Below are positions 30,504-41,331 of a stretch of DNA of 64,000 nt, piece by piece. The notes under the pieces are model-generated. The model worked only from the letters and a program-made list of their open reading frames with translations, did no database searches and was not told the DNA's origin. The translations under genes and the position numbers were made by a program. The first letter of the stretch is position 1. Each line of letters begins with the position of its first letter. The DNA is taken from the NCBI GenBank assembly GCA_963743915.1, contig CAVURN010000005.1, positions 352,001-416,000 on the forward strand, written 5' to 3'. This stretch comes from an uncultured Actinomycetota bacterium. GTDB lineage: Bacteria > Actinomycetota > Actinomycetes > JAHEKZ01.

Positions 30504-32078
30504 CGCCGGCGCACTCACGGAAGCTGCTGGACCTCTTCCTCGACCAGGTCGGCCTCGTCGTTCGGTCGTGTCGGTCTCCTGGGCATTGCCTGTCCGCAGG
30601 GCGACGACGGGCACGAACCACGCCAGCACGAACGCGGCGGCCATGATCGGCACTCCGGTCAGGAACGTCGTGTCGGTCGCCCGGGCAAAGGCGCCGAGCA
30701 CCTCACTCTGCAGGTCGGCAGGGAGAGCGGCGATGTTCGCCATCGACGCACGCGGATCTGCTCCTGCGGCTGCGCCGGCAGGCAGGACGCCCTTGAGCTC
30801 GGCCGTCAGTCGGGCGGCCCACACCGCACCGAACACGGCCGTGCCGAACGAGCCGCCGATGGAACGGAAGAACGTCGCACCGCTGGTGGCGGTACCGATG
30901 TCCCGCGGCTCCACCGAGTTCTGTACGGCCAGCACGAGCACCTGCATCACGTTCCCGAGCCCGGCGCCGAGCACCAGCATGGCGATCGAGATCTTCCAGT
31001 ACGGGGTGCTCTCGTTCATCTGGGAGAGCAGGAAGAGCCCGATGGTGGCGAGCCCCGTCCCGATGATCGGGTAGATCCGGTAGCGACCGGTCCTGGTGAT
31101 CAGGCGTCCGCTGGTGATGGACGCCACGAGGATTCCGGCCATCAGCGGGCAGCAGCTGCAGACCTGCCGTGGTCGGACTCGAGCCGTAGACCACCTGCAG
31201 GAAGATGGACAGGTAGACGATGGCGCCGAACATGGCGAAGCCCACGACGAAGCCGATCCCCGAGGTGACGGTGAACGTGCGGTTCCGGAACAGCTCCATC
31301 GGCACCATGGGCTCGGGGTGACGCAGCTCCTGGAACACGAAGAGCACCAGCGTCACGACGGCGAGCGTCGGCGAGGCCGAAGATCTGCCACGACACCCAG
31401 GCGAACTCGTTGCCGCCCCACACCGTGACCATGAGCAGGCTGGTGACACCCACGACGAGCAGTGAGGCACCGACCCAGTCGATGCGGTGCTCGGTGCGGT
31501 GGCGCGGGAGGTGCAGCACCGATCCGAGCACCAGGAAGGCCGCGATCCCCAAGGGCAGGTTGATGTAGAAGATCCAGCGCCACGAGAGGTGCTCGGTGAA
31601 GAATCCTCCGAGCAGGGGGCCGATCACGCTCGCGATCCCGAACACGGCACCGAAGAGCCCGACGTACCTCCCTCGCTCGCGAGGCGGGATCAGGTCGGCG
31701 ATCACCGCCATGACCAGCACCATGAGCCCACCGCCGCCGAGACCCTGCAGTGCGCGCGTGGCGATGAGCTCGGCCATGTTCTGGGACAGCCCGGCCAGCG
31801 CGGACGCTGCGACGAAGATGACGACCGCCAGCTGCAGCATCGACTTGCGGCCGTAGAGGTCGGAGATCTTGCCCCAGATGGGGGTGCTGGCGGTCGCGGC
31901 GAGCATGTAGGCGGTGACCACCCACGACAGCTCGTTCAAGCCCGCCCAGGTCGCTGGTGATGGTCGGCAGTGCCGTCGACACGATCGTCTGGTCGAGCGC
32001 GGCCAGCAGCAGCGTGAGCATCAGGGCGCCGAGCGCCCAGTGCAGGTGTCGTGTCGCCGATCGTTCGGTGGTCTCCAT
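30489..32078 (-). CDS. DHA2 (14-TM) MFS efflux transporter, frameshifted
   Basis: 'LAALDQTIVSTALPTI', 'WGKISDLYGRK', 'WRWIFYINLPLG', 'FFRSIGGSFG'. Confidence 0.9.
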
Positions 32079-32086
32079 CGCGGATG

Positions 32087-32512
32087 TCACAGGGTCTCCA
32101 TGCTGTCGGCGAGCTTTCGGGCCAGTCGGGTGAGGGTGGCGAGGTCGTCCGCGGTCCACTCCGAGACCGCCGCGCCCAGCCGGGCGAGCTTCTGCTGACG
32201 CGCCTCGCGCACCAGGTTGCGACCGTCGCCGGTCACCTCGAGCCGGGTCGCGCGACCGTCATCGGGGTCTGGGGTCCGGACGAGGTAGCCGTCGGTCTCC
32301 AGGCTGCGGAGGTGGCGGCTGACCGTCGACGGGATCCAGGCACGCGCGTTCGGCGAGCTCGCTCGCGCGCAGCGGTCCGATGGCGACGAGGTGCGCGAGC
32401 AGGGCGATGACCGCGGTGTCGTGGGGGGACTCGCGACGCCTGCGGCGCGCCGTCATGACGATGTCCCGCAGGGCGTCGGCAGCTCGCCGAGCTCGGATTT
32501 AGTTGCTTGCAT
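32087..32512 (-). CDS. MarR family regulator, frameshifted; palindrome TAGTTGC-N9-GCAACTA (32500-32522) overlaps its start
   Basis: 'GPLRASELAERACLD.STVSRHLRSLE', 'DPDDGRA'. Confidence 0.8.
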
Positions 32513-32594
32513 CACGCAACTATACATCCGTGCGCGCCACGGCGCTCGGTGCGGCCCGGCCAGCTCGCAACCGGCCAGCATGACAGCGGTCAGG

Positions 32595-32830
32595 TCATGG
32601 GAAGCGGGCTGCCGAGCCGCGACTCCCACGATCGGCGCCCGCTCCCCCGCGGAGAACCATTCGAACTTCCCGACGGAGGTCAGGAAAGGACGATCGCCAA
32701 GTGGCGACATCCTCAAGCGCGTCCTCGGGCTGGAAAGATCCCGGACCACCGTCGATCAAGCAGGGTGAGGCATACACCTGCTCGGGGTCGACGCTCGCTC
32801 CGTTCCACAACGACAGCATCCGGCTCGGGA
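32595..32830 (-). pseudogene. SnoaL/ester-cyclase-like remnant
   Basis: 'LSLWNG...EQVYA', 'WRSSFPDLRREV', then a frame change to 'WFSAGER'. Confidence 0.35.
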
Positions 32831-32975
32831 CTGCAGGAAGCTGTGCATCGGACCGTCGTGTCGTCATGGCAGCCACGGTAGAGCGGCATGTGAGCAAGTC
32901 CGGGACAATGGCCTCTGGCTGTTGCCGGGTGACGGTGTTGCGATCGGATCAGGACAAACGTTCCAGGAGGTGGGT

Positions 32976-33485
32976 ATGAGCGCCCTCTGGCAGGGCCTGT
33001 GGGTGGCATGCGGCGTCCTGACGCTGGTCGCCGGCGTTCTCGCAGGTAGTAGCGCTCGCGCACGGTTGATGGGTCGCATCGCCGTGGGGGTTCTGTTCGT
33101 CATCGGCGGCGTGCTTCTCCACGTCGTCAACCTGGTCACCGACGTCGACTACGCCGACTTCGCCGACCCTGCACACTTCGCCTGGGTCACCGATTCTTGG
33201 CGTGCCCTAGTCGCCCCAAACCAGGTCCTCTACATCGGCCTGCTGATCGTGTTCGAGGCGACCGTTGGTGTGCTGGTCCTCAGTGGCGGACGGAAGACTC
33301 AGATCGGGTACATAGGGGTGATCGGGTTCTATCTCGCGCTCTGGATATTCGGGTGGTTCGAGACCGTCTGGGTACTTCTCATGCTTCCACCGATGATTCT
33401 GCTTCTACGCGGAGAGCGGCGCGTCACAGCGAGCGCTCTCCCCACTGACGAAATCGAGCGCGTCCCTCAATCCCTTCGGGCGTGA
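32976..33485 (+). CDS. Hypothetical multi-TM membrane protein
   Basis: AGGAGG RBS before the ATG at 32976; several hydrophobic segments; 'YADFADPAHFAWV'. Confidence 0.65.
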   Translation: MSALWQGLWVACGVLTLVAGVLAGSSARARLMGRIAVGVLFVIGGVLLHVVNLVTDVDYADFADPAHFAWVTDSWRALVAPNQVLYIGLLIVFEATVGVLVLSGGRKTQIGYIGVIGFYLALWIFGWFETVWVLLMLPPMILLLRGERRVTASALPTDEIERVPQSLRA

Positions 33486-33503
33486 TGATCCTGCCGAGCA
33501 GGT

Positions 33504-34313
33504 TCAGGCCTCGAAGCGGCGGTAGCGTGCCTCCGCGCAGGAGTACACACCGAAGGCCATCAGGCCGATGGCGACAATCGCCAGCAGGATCGAGCCCGCC
33601 GGAGCCTGTGCCACCTCCTGAAGGGCCTCGTCGATCCCCGACGTCCTCTTGGGCGCGAAGGTGATGGCGGCATACACGACCAAGGATCCCGAAGAGGGTG
33701 AACACCGACTCCTCGCGCCAGGTAGCCGACACGTCCCAACGTCCGGACGACCGGTAGGCCTGCTCACTCATCTGATCGGTGCGCAGCTTCTTCTCGAAGT
33801 CAGTGGTCCAGCCCTTTCCACGCGAGGACCAGACCTGTGACGACGATCGCTACGCCCACCACGCCGACGAGCAGCCGTCCCATGTCGTTCTTCATGATCT
33901 CTGCGGTGCTGGGTCCGCCGCTGCTTCCCGCATGCATGGCGATGCTCGCCGCGGTCCATGCGAGCGCCACGTAGATTGCTGTCTTGACAAGGTAGAGGAC
34001 CCTCTTGCCCCACGCCTTGGCAGTGTCGGCGTCATGGACGCTGAGGGCTCCGATGAGCTGCCAGAGGGCATACCCCAAGAGGCCAGCGGCGATCACCCAG
34101 AGCAGCACCTCACCGAAGGGCTGTGAGGCGACCGTGTGAAACGCCCCCTTCTGGCTGGCGGAGCTTGACGCGTCCCCGAAGGCCATCTGGAGCGCGATGA
34201 CTCCGATCAGGAAGTACGTCACGCCACGAGCGATCAGACCAAGTCGGCCCAGTCGTTCGACCCAGGGTGAGACGTCAGCCTTGGCAGGTCGCGACGTGTG
34301 TGGAGACGGTCAT
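33504..34313 (-). pseudogene. DUF1206 membrane protein, disrupted
   Basis: 'RLGLIARGVTYFLIG', 'QPFGEVLLWVIAAGL', 'GIDEALQEVA', 'GLMAFGVYSCAEARYRR'; stops and frameshifts near 33800 and 34270. Confidence 0.7.
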
Positions 34314-34819
34314 GAGTTCCTCCTGTGAAGTCAAGGAGGGCGTACCCATGGCTGCGCGGGTGGAAACCCCCGTCCCGCGGCGTCGCTGTGTGTTCGGCTC
34401 TCTTGCGTCCTCAGGCGTCCACCCCAGCGGCCCGATCGGCCCTTTGGCTGGGATGATGTGACGTCCGGCCCTCGTAGGACGTGCGGAGAACCTCCGGCAC
34501 CGCCGGTGACCTGCGGCTTCATGGGAGGCACCAGTGCGGCGTGGACCGCTGAAGTGGGAGAGAGGGCCGACACCACCGGTGGCAACGGACCCGCCAAATC
34601 CACCATCACCAACGGCGTGAACGAGGTCGGGCCGGAGAAGGTGTGCCCGCTGATCGGCAACTTGTCGCCTACCTGCAAACAGCTAACCCTTTTTGGCATC
34701 AAGGCGCAGGTTGGATTGGATGATTGTTCCTACATTGGGGGTGTGCATGCCGACCCGTGTGAGCGCCGGTTCGACTTACGTGTTTCCGACCCGCCGCCAC
34801 GCTGGCTAGGAACGAGCCA

Positions 34820-36263
34820 ATGACCCACACATGGACTACGCCGCAACTCAAAAAGCTCGACGCGCCAGATACGGTGACTCGGTCTTACTGGTTGCGCGAC
34901 TTACAGGCAACAAAGTCGCCGGGACCTGGTCATCAGCCCCTTCTCTCATCGGTGCAGGCCGACATCTGCATAGTTGGTGGCGGGTTCACAGGGCTGTGGA
35001 CGGCCATCGAGCTCAAGCAACGGCAGCCGAGTATCAATGTTGTCCTGCTGGAGGGCAGCCTGTGTGGCGCCGGAGCCAGTGGCACCAACGCCGGGATACT
35101 AATGAACCTATGGCCAAAGCTCCCGGCCCTCGTGCGGTTTGGCGGGCAGAGCGAAGGCCCCGAGATCGCGCGAGCCTCGGTCGACGCCATCGATCACATC
35201 AAGCGGTTCTGCGTCGATCACGAGATCGACGCCCAGATGGAGTCGAACGGCTGGCTGTGGGCGTCGAACAACAGCAGTCAGGATGGCGCGTGGGAGGACA
35301 CCATGGCTGCCGCTGCCCTCCATCACGGCTCTCCCTTCGTCGAGGTCGACGCTGACACTGCGACCCGGCTGGCGGGTGCCCCGGTACGCGGCGGCCTCGT
35401 AGACCCCACCTGTGTTGGCCTCCACCCCGTCCGCTTGGTCGACGGGCTCCTGGCAGTTGCCGCGCGCCCTAGGTGTCACGGTGTACGAGCACAGCCCGAT
35501 GACGGGGATGGCGTCGAGATCACGGAGTGACGACCGTCTTCAGCCGCTATGGCAGAGTTCGCGCCGAGTCGGTGGTGTTGGCGATCAACGCATGGTGCAC
35601 CAGTTCCCTGCAGTTGAGATCGCACCTGGTGATGACGGCATCCGACAATGTCGTGGTCCGACCGCGGGCAGCCGCCGTCAAGTGCACCACTCACCAACGT
35701 GTCCGACGCTGGCCGCCTGCTCGACTACTGGCGACCCGTTGGCGGATGGGAAACTTCTCTTCGGCAAGGCAGGCCTCGGGCTCGGCTGGGGTTCGCGCGG
35801 GGCGAGCACGCTGTTTAGCACAGCCCCCCACGCCTGGGACGCCTGCTGTGCAGCAGATTGCAGCGGACACGTTCCCGATGCTGCCGATGCCGAGGTGCGT
35901 GTCGTCCTGGCGAGCTCCAGTCGAGTACTCGCTCTCCTCGCTGCCGTTCTTCGGCGAGCTCTCCGGACATCCCAGGTGTCTTCTTCGGCACTGGCTATTC
36001 CGGCGACGGAATCGGCCCGTCGGTGCTCGGTGCGCGCATCCTCGCGAGTCTGGCAACCGGCGCCAAGGATGGTCTCTCTACTTCCTTCCTGACCCGTCCA
36101 CCGTCACGAAGCTGGCTGCCGCCGGAGCCCATTCGATTCCTCGGCGGGCAGCTAGTCAAGTCGGCGATGCTCAGGCAAGGATCGCAAGCAGGACGAGGAG
36201 CGGCGGGTCGGCGTGGCCACCGGTCTTCTGAGCCGCATGGATCCGACCACGTTCGTCGGGTGA
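34820..36263 (+). CDS. FAD-dependent amine oxidoreductase (DAO/PuuB-like), several frameshifts
   Basis: 'SYWL', 'ADICIVGGGFTGLWTAIEL', 'GASGTNAG', 'LHPVRLVDGL', 'GYSGDGIGPS', 'PPEPIRFLG', ending 'MDPTTFVG*'. Confidence 0.8.
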
Positions 36264-36284
36264 CCACCAGGGGAGGAGAACTCA

Positions 36285-37442
36285 GTGCGGGAGATCTTGG
36301 ATGAACTGACCGACGTGGTGGGAGACGGAGTGAGACAGTCGGGTTGGCCACCGTCATTAACACGTCGAGGTCTGCCCCGCGCGATCCGGGCGCGTCCATG
36401 GTCGTCGGGCCCAGAAGGGACTGTGCACGGATCGGTTTCCGGAGGGTGCGTGGAAGGGGCCGTCTACGAACTCGCCCAGGAGGTCATGGCGGACGGCGCG
36501 CCCGTTCTCGAGCACTACGGCTTCTCCGATACAGACGCATTCGCGGTGGGTCTTACCTGTGGAGGTGAACTCGACGTCTTTGTCGAGCGCGTGAACCGAG
36601 CCACCTTCCCAGAATTGAGTAGCGTTGCCGACGATATCCGCAGTGGTCGGTACGTGGCGCTGGCGACGCTGGTTGACCATCCAGATCCCGCCTGGCGCGG
36701 TCGGCATCTTGCGTGCTCCACCCAACGAGAGTCCGGGGCTGCGACCACGGGGACTCTGGGAAGCGATCGGGCAGATGCCGCGGTCTCCGACGACGCCCTC
36801 GGCCTGCTCGCGGCCGGCCACCACGGCCTGCTGAGTTACGGACCTGACGGCCAACGGCTCGGCGAAGGCATGCGGGTGTTCGTTCAGTCCTTCGCACCAC
36901 CACCTCGGATGCTCGTGTTCGGCGCTATCGACTTCGCGTCTGCGGTTGCAGCAGCAGGCTCGTTCCTCGGCTACCAGGTCACTGTGTGCGACGCGCGAGC
37001 CGTCTTCGCTACGACAGCTCGGTTCCCGCGACGCAGACGAGGTGGTGGTCGACTGGCCACATCGATACCTCGCTGAGGAGCAGCCGGAGGGTCGGATCGA
37101 CGAACGCACGGTGATCGCCGTACTGACCCACGATCCGAAGTTCGATGTGCCGCTGCTGCAGGTGGCCCTCAGCCTGCCCGCCGCCTACATCGGCGTGATG
37201 GGATCGCGTCGCACGCACGAGGATCGGCTCGATCGACTGCGTAGGGCGGGTGTCGACGAGGACGCAGCTTGAACCGTCTGTCGAGCCCTATCGGCCTCGA
37301 CCTCGGGGCTCGCACTCCGGAGGAAACCGCCGTCAGCATCGCAGCCGACATCATCGCGTCCAAGTGGGGCGGGACTGGACTTCCACTACGTGCGACCACG
37401 GGCGCGATTCACCACACCGCATGTCGGTCGTCGCGAGGATGA
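36285..37442 (+). CDS. xdhC: XdhC/CoxF/CoxI molybdenum-hydroxylase maturation factor, frameshifted
   Basis: 'SAPRDPGA', 'GSVSGGCVEGAV', 'GLTCGG', 'LTHDPKFD', 'YIGVMGSRR', 'SPIGLDLGARTPEETAVSI'. Confidence 0.85.
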
Positions 37443-38328
37443 CCGCCGCCCAGATCCACACAGTCGACGACGTCGCCAACCGTCTAGCAGCAACCGGGTA
37501 CCTATGCGACCGTGAACTGGCTACCGTGGTGTTTCTCGCATTGCGTCTTGACCGACCAGTGCTGCTCGAGGGTGAGCCGGGCACAGGCAAGACCGCTCTG
37601 GCGGAAGCACTGGCCGAGTCGCTGGAGCTGCCTCTGCGTCCGGCTGCAATGCTACGAAGGAATCGACTGCCACTCAGGCGCTCTACGACTGGGACTTTCC
37701 TCGGCAGATCCTTCACCTCCGTACGCTGGAGGCCATTGGTGGCGCCGCCGGAACATCGGTGGAGGAAGCCGAACAGAGTCTGTTCGACGAGCGGTTTCTG
37801 ATTCTGCGGCCCGTTCTGGCGGCGCTGAAGGAGGCGCCGAATGTGCTGCTGGTCGATGAAGTCGACCGAGCCGATGATGAGTTCGAGGCCTTCTTGCTCG
37901 AGGTCCTCTCGACCTATCAGGTGACGATCCCCGAGCTTGGCACAGTGCGAGCAACTGTGCCCCCACTGGTTGTGCTGACCTCGAACCGGACCCGCGAGCT
38001 GCATGATGCCTTGAAGCGCCGCTGTCTCTACCATTGGATCGACCATCCGACGCTCGACCGCGAGTTGATGATCGTGCGGTCACGCGCGCCGGAGGCTTCC
38101 GGGTCCCTGGCCAGGAGGGTTGTGGAAGTAGTGCAAGCCATTCGGACCGACCACTCACTCTTGAAGCCCCCTGGGGTAGCCGAGACCTTGGACTGGACGC
38201 GCGCGCTTCACTGCCTGGGCGCGACCGAACTCGACCTGGGCACCGCGATCGCGACTCTTGGAGCGTTGGTCAAGTACCGCGAGGACGGTGAGATCGTCCG
38301 CCGGGCCCTCCACCAGATCGACATCTGA
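37439..38328 (+). CDS. coxD: CoxD-like MoxR AAA+ ATPase, frameshifted
   Basis: Walker A 'GEPGTGKT', 'RLQCYEG', Walker B 'LLVDEVDRADDEFEA', 'TSNRTRELHDALKRRC'. Confidence 0.85.
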
Positions 38329-38525
38329 CAGATTCGCCAAACGCGCGGCCATGACCCTCCCGATGTGGCAGCTCAGCAGTCGTTCTGTCCCCATCTGCAG
38401 TGTCAGGCCCGGCACCCTGCTGTATCGCACAATCTCATCGCTCCCGAGGTACGGCATCGTTGCAGTTGCTCCATCACTCGCCGCCCAAGAACTGACGGTC
38501 AGTGCATCTGACGACAGGACGTTCC

Positions 38526-39584
38526 ATGAACCGAATCTTGGTAATCGGCGCCAGCGGGAAGACCGGGCGACACGTCGTCGCTGGACTCGAGTCCCGTGGG
38601 GCTTCGGTTCTGGCGGCCTCAAGGACGCCAGAAGAACTCGATGTCGGGGCTGTGGCCGCGATCCGGTTCGATTGGCACGACGAGTCGTCATGGGGCAACG
38701 CCCTCAAGGGCGTTGACAGTGTCTACCTCGTGAAGCCCAGTTCCGCAGATGTCGTTCACATAGTCGACGACTTCCTCAACGCGATGAAGGCGGCTGGAGC
38801 ACGTCGCGTCGTTCTCCTCTCCGAGTGCGCGGCGCAATATCGTCCGGACGAAGTTCCCGAAAGGTGGGTAGAGCTGAAGGTCGAGCGCAGTGGCCTCGAG
38901 TGGATGATCCTTCGGCCGAGCTGGTTCATGCAAGACCTCGTCGACGAGGACTTCTTTGGCTCGATGGTTCGTGAGGGTCGCATCATCGTGATGACAACCG
39001 GTGATGCGCCAATCGCGTGGATCGACGCTCGCGACATCGCAGATGTCGCCGTCGAGGTGCTCATCAACGGCTCGTCTTCAGGCGCCAACCAGACGCTTGA
39101 ACTCACTGGTCCTGAATCCCTCACACTCCACCAACTCGCAGACCGCATCGCAGCGGTCGCTGGCGTTCCAATTGATGGCATCGAAGAGAGCATCACCGAG
39201 GCCGAGAGTCGTATGCGTGCAGAGGGTCTCGATGAGGACCATGTCGGCTACATGACACGCATAGCCAAAAGCATCATGGAGGGGCATACAGCGACCGTCA
39301 CGGGGGACGTCGAGCGGGTAACCGGGCACTCACCACGCGGGTTAGAGGCGTTCCTGATCCAGCATGAACTACGCCTGCGAGGCGATGGAGCCGCGCCGGA
39401 CGCGGAGCATGAGTTCCAGCGCGCACGTGAGAATGAGGCGCTCTTTCGTCGTCTGATCCTTGCTTGGGCGAACAACGAGCTCGACGAGTTGATGGATTGT
39501 TTCGCGGACGATCTTGTGTATGTGGACATGCCATTTCCTGACCATCCGGTGCGGGGAAAGGCTGCCTTCCGCGAGGGCACGTGA
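38526..39584 (+). CDS. NmrA-family NAD(P)H-binding protein with partial C-terminal SnoaL-like domain
   Basis: 'ILVIGASGKTG', 'ILRPSWFMQ', 'IDARDIADVA', 'LTGPE'; tail 'AWANNELDELMDCFADDLVYVDMP...VRGKAAFRE'. Confidence 0.8.
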   Translation: MNRILVIGASGKTGRHVVAGLESRGASVLAASRTPEELDVGAVAAIRFDWHDESSWGNALKGVDSVYLVKPSSADVVHIVDDFLNAMKAAGARRVVLLSECAAQYRPDEVPERWVELKVERSGLEWMILRPSWFMQDLVDEDFFGSMVREGRIIVMTTGDAPIAWIDARDIADVAVEVLINGSSSGANQTLELTGPESLTLHQLADRIAAVAGVPIDGIEESITEAESRMRAEGLDEDHVGYMTRIAKSIMEGHTATVTGDVERVTGHSPRGLEAFLIQHELRLRGDGAAPDAEHEFQRARENEALFRRLILAWANNELDELMDCFADDLVYVDMPFPDHPVRGKAAFREGT

Positions 39585-39686
39585 GGGCCTATGAACGCCG
39601 GGACTCTTTGTCGGTGGCCAGGTCAGTTCGACAAGGCTGTCGGCAGCAAGCCGGCACGTGATGTGAATATGTCGATGCGTGGCGGC

Positions 39687-40199
39687 CTAGGTCTCTGAGT
39701 GTTCGGCTTGAAGCTCTGCAACTCCAGCCTCTGCCCGGGTTGCGGCAGCGTCTAGGGCGCTTTGAACCGCTTCGACGATCTGCTGGTATCCCGTACACCG
39801 GCACAGGTTGCCGGAAATCGTCTCGCGAATCTCGTCGTTGGTCAGCCGGCGTGCCTCGTTGTACACCGGGAGCAAAGTCATGAGCAGTCCCGGAGTGCAG
39901 AAGCCGCACTGAAGTCCGTGGCATGCGGAAAACGCCTCTTGAAGACCGTGCAGAGTCGAGTCGGATGCGAGCGCTTCGACGGTGGTCACGCTCCGTTGAT
40001 CACCCTGAACAGCAAGCATGGTGCATGAGCGGACCGGCACGTCGTCAACCAGGACGGTGCAACTGCCACAGACCCCGTGCTCACAACCGACGTGGGTTCC
40101 CGTCAGACCCAGTTCGTGGCGCAAGAAGTCGGAGAGGAGCAATCGGGGTTCGACATCACGCACGTGGAGGTCGCCATTCACGGCGATTTCGATTCTCAC
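39687..40199 (-). CDS. kdhS: Ketone (6-hydroxypseudooxynicotine) dehydrogenase small 2x[2Fe-2S] subunit
   Basis: 'GCEHGVCGSC', 'CHGLQCGFCT', 'CRCTGYQQIVEA' match KdhS as recalled; context supports it. Confidence 0.72.
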   Translation of the reverse strand: MRIEIAVNGDLHVRDVEPRLLLSDFLRHELGLTGTHVGCEHGVCGSCTVLVDDVPVRSCTMLAVQGDQRSVTTVEALASDSTLHGLQEAFSACHGLQCGFCTPGLLMTLLPVYNEARRLTNDEIRETISGNLCRCTGYQQIVEAVQSALDAAATRAEAGVAELQAEHSET

Positions 40200-41083
40200 G
40201 CCGATCTCCTCGTAAAACTGTCGTCTTCCAAATCAAATGTTTGGCGAAGGGCACGACGCAATTGATCTGTAAGGACAGCCCGTCGATACTCGCTCGTGCC
40301 ATGCACGTTGCTCTCCGGTGTAAGCACGGCGGCCACTCGGGTTGCAGCTCTCTCGACCGCAACCTCGTCGACCTGGCGATTGATCAGCTCCTCGTCCAGC
40401 CCCGTGGCCAGCGTTGGGCCTGCGCCCGCCGCAATGAGACCCGCGGCCACGGAGGTGCACCGACCCTGAGGGTCCACACGCGCACAGACTGCGGCGCCGC
40501 CGATGGCGTAGTCGCCCTTCCGTCGCGCGTACTCTGAGAAACCCCAGCGGCTCTGGTTATCGGCCGCCGGGATCTCGACACGAACGACGAGCTCTCCATG
40601 CTGAAGCGCAGTCTGAAAGTGGGTCCCAAAGAAGTCGCGACTGGTGATCCGACGCTCTCCCGCGCTGGACAGCGTCACAATGGTGCCGCCGGTGGCAAGA
40701 AGCGCTGCTGGGAACTCGGCCGCGCTGTCGCTGTGGGCGACCGCGCCGCCGAAGGTTCCAGAGTTTCGGATCTGCGGGTGGGCCACCCACGCCGCCGCCG
40801 CCGAGAGCAGAGGCGCTGCTTCGCGGACTACCGGACTCCGTTCGACCTCCTCGTGCCGGACAAGCGCGCCAATTGCAAGCGTATCTCCGGCTTGGTGCAC
40901 TTCCCGCAATTCAGGAATGCGCGAGATATCCACGAGCAGGGTAGGGCTCGAAAGCCTCAGGCTCAACAGCGGTATAAGGCTTTGTCCTCCCGCCAGAACC
41001 TTGGCGTCCTCATCGGCATCAAGGAGTTCACAGGCGTGGTCAACAGAGCCTGCGACAACGTACTCGAACGGCGGCGGCTTCAC
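40196..41083 (-). CDS. kdhM: Ketone dehydrogenase medium FAD subunit
   Basis: 'KPPPFEYVVAGSVDHA', 'AGGQSL', 'AAAWVAHPQIRN', 'GDYAIGGAA'. Confidence 0.72.
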   Translation of the reverse strand: MKPPPFEYVVAGSVDHACELLDADEDAKVLAGGQSLIPLLSLRLSSPTLLVDISRIPELREVHQAGDTLAIGALVRHEEVERSPVVREAAPLLSAAAAWVAHPQIRNSGTFGGAVAHSDSAAEFPAALLATGGTIVTLSSAGERRITSRDFFGTHFQTALQHGELVVRVEIPAADNQSRWGFSEYARRKGDYAIGGAAVCARVDPQGRCTSVAAGLIAAGAGPTLATGLDEELINRQVDEVAVERAATRVAAVLTPESNVHGTSEYRRAVLTDQLRRALRQTFDLEDDSFTRRSA

Positions 41084-41331
41084 AGGACCACCAAACACAT
41101 GTGTCTCCGACTGCGGCTCGTGATCTCAACTGTGATATACACCATGTGATCCTTCAGTCGGTTGTCGCTGCGTCGAGTCATTCTGCTGGGATGCATGCGG
41201 GCTAGTACGAAGTCCGGCAAAGTCCACCGCTCCTTCCTCGCCTATCGACAACTGGCCGGAACGCTGGTTGTCGGAGCTGAAAGCGACCGGGTCCGCTGAG
41301 GCCGGCCGCCGACCATTCAGTTGTGAAAGCC

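Noticed and set aside
34458-34823. 121-aa ORF and its antisense partner at the island edge
   Set aside because: No RBS or family motif recognisable in either; left unassigned.
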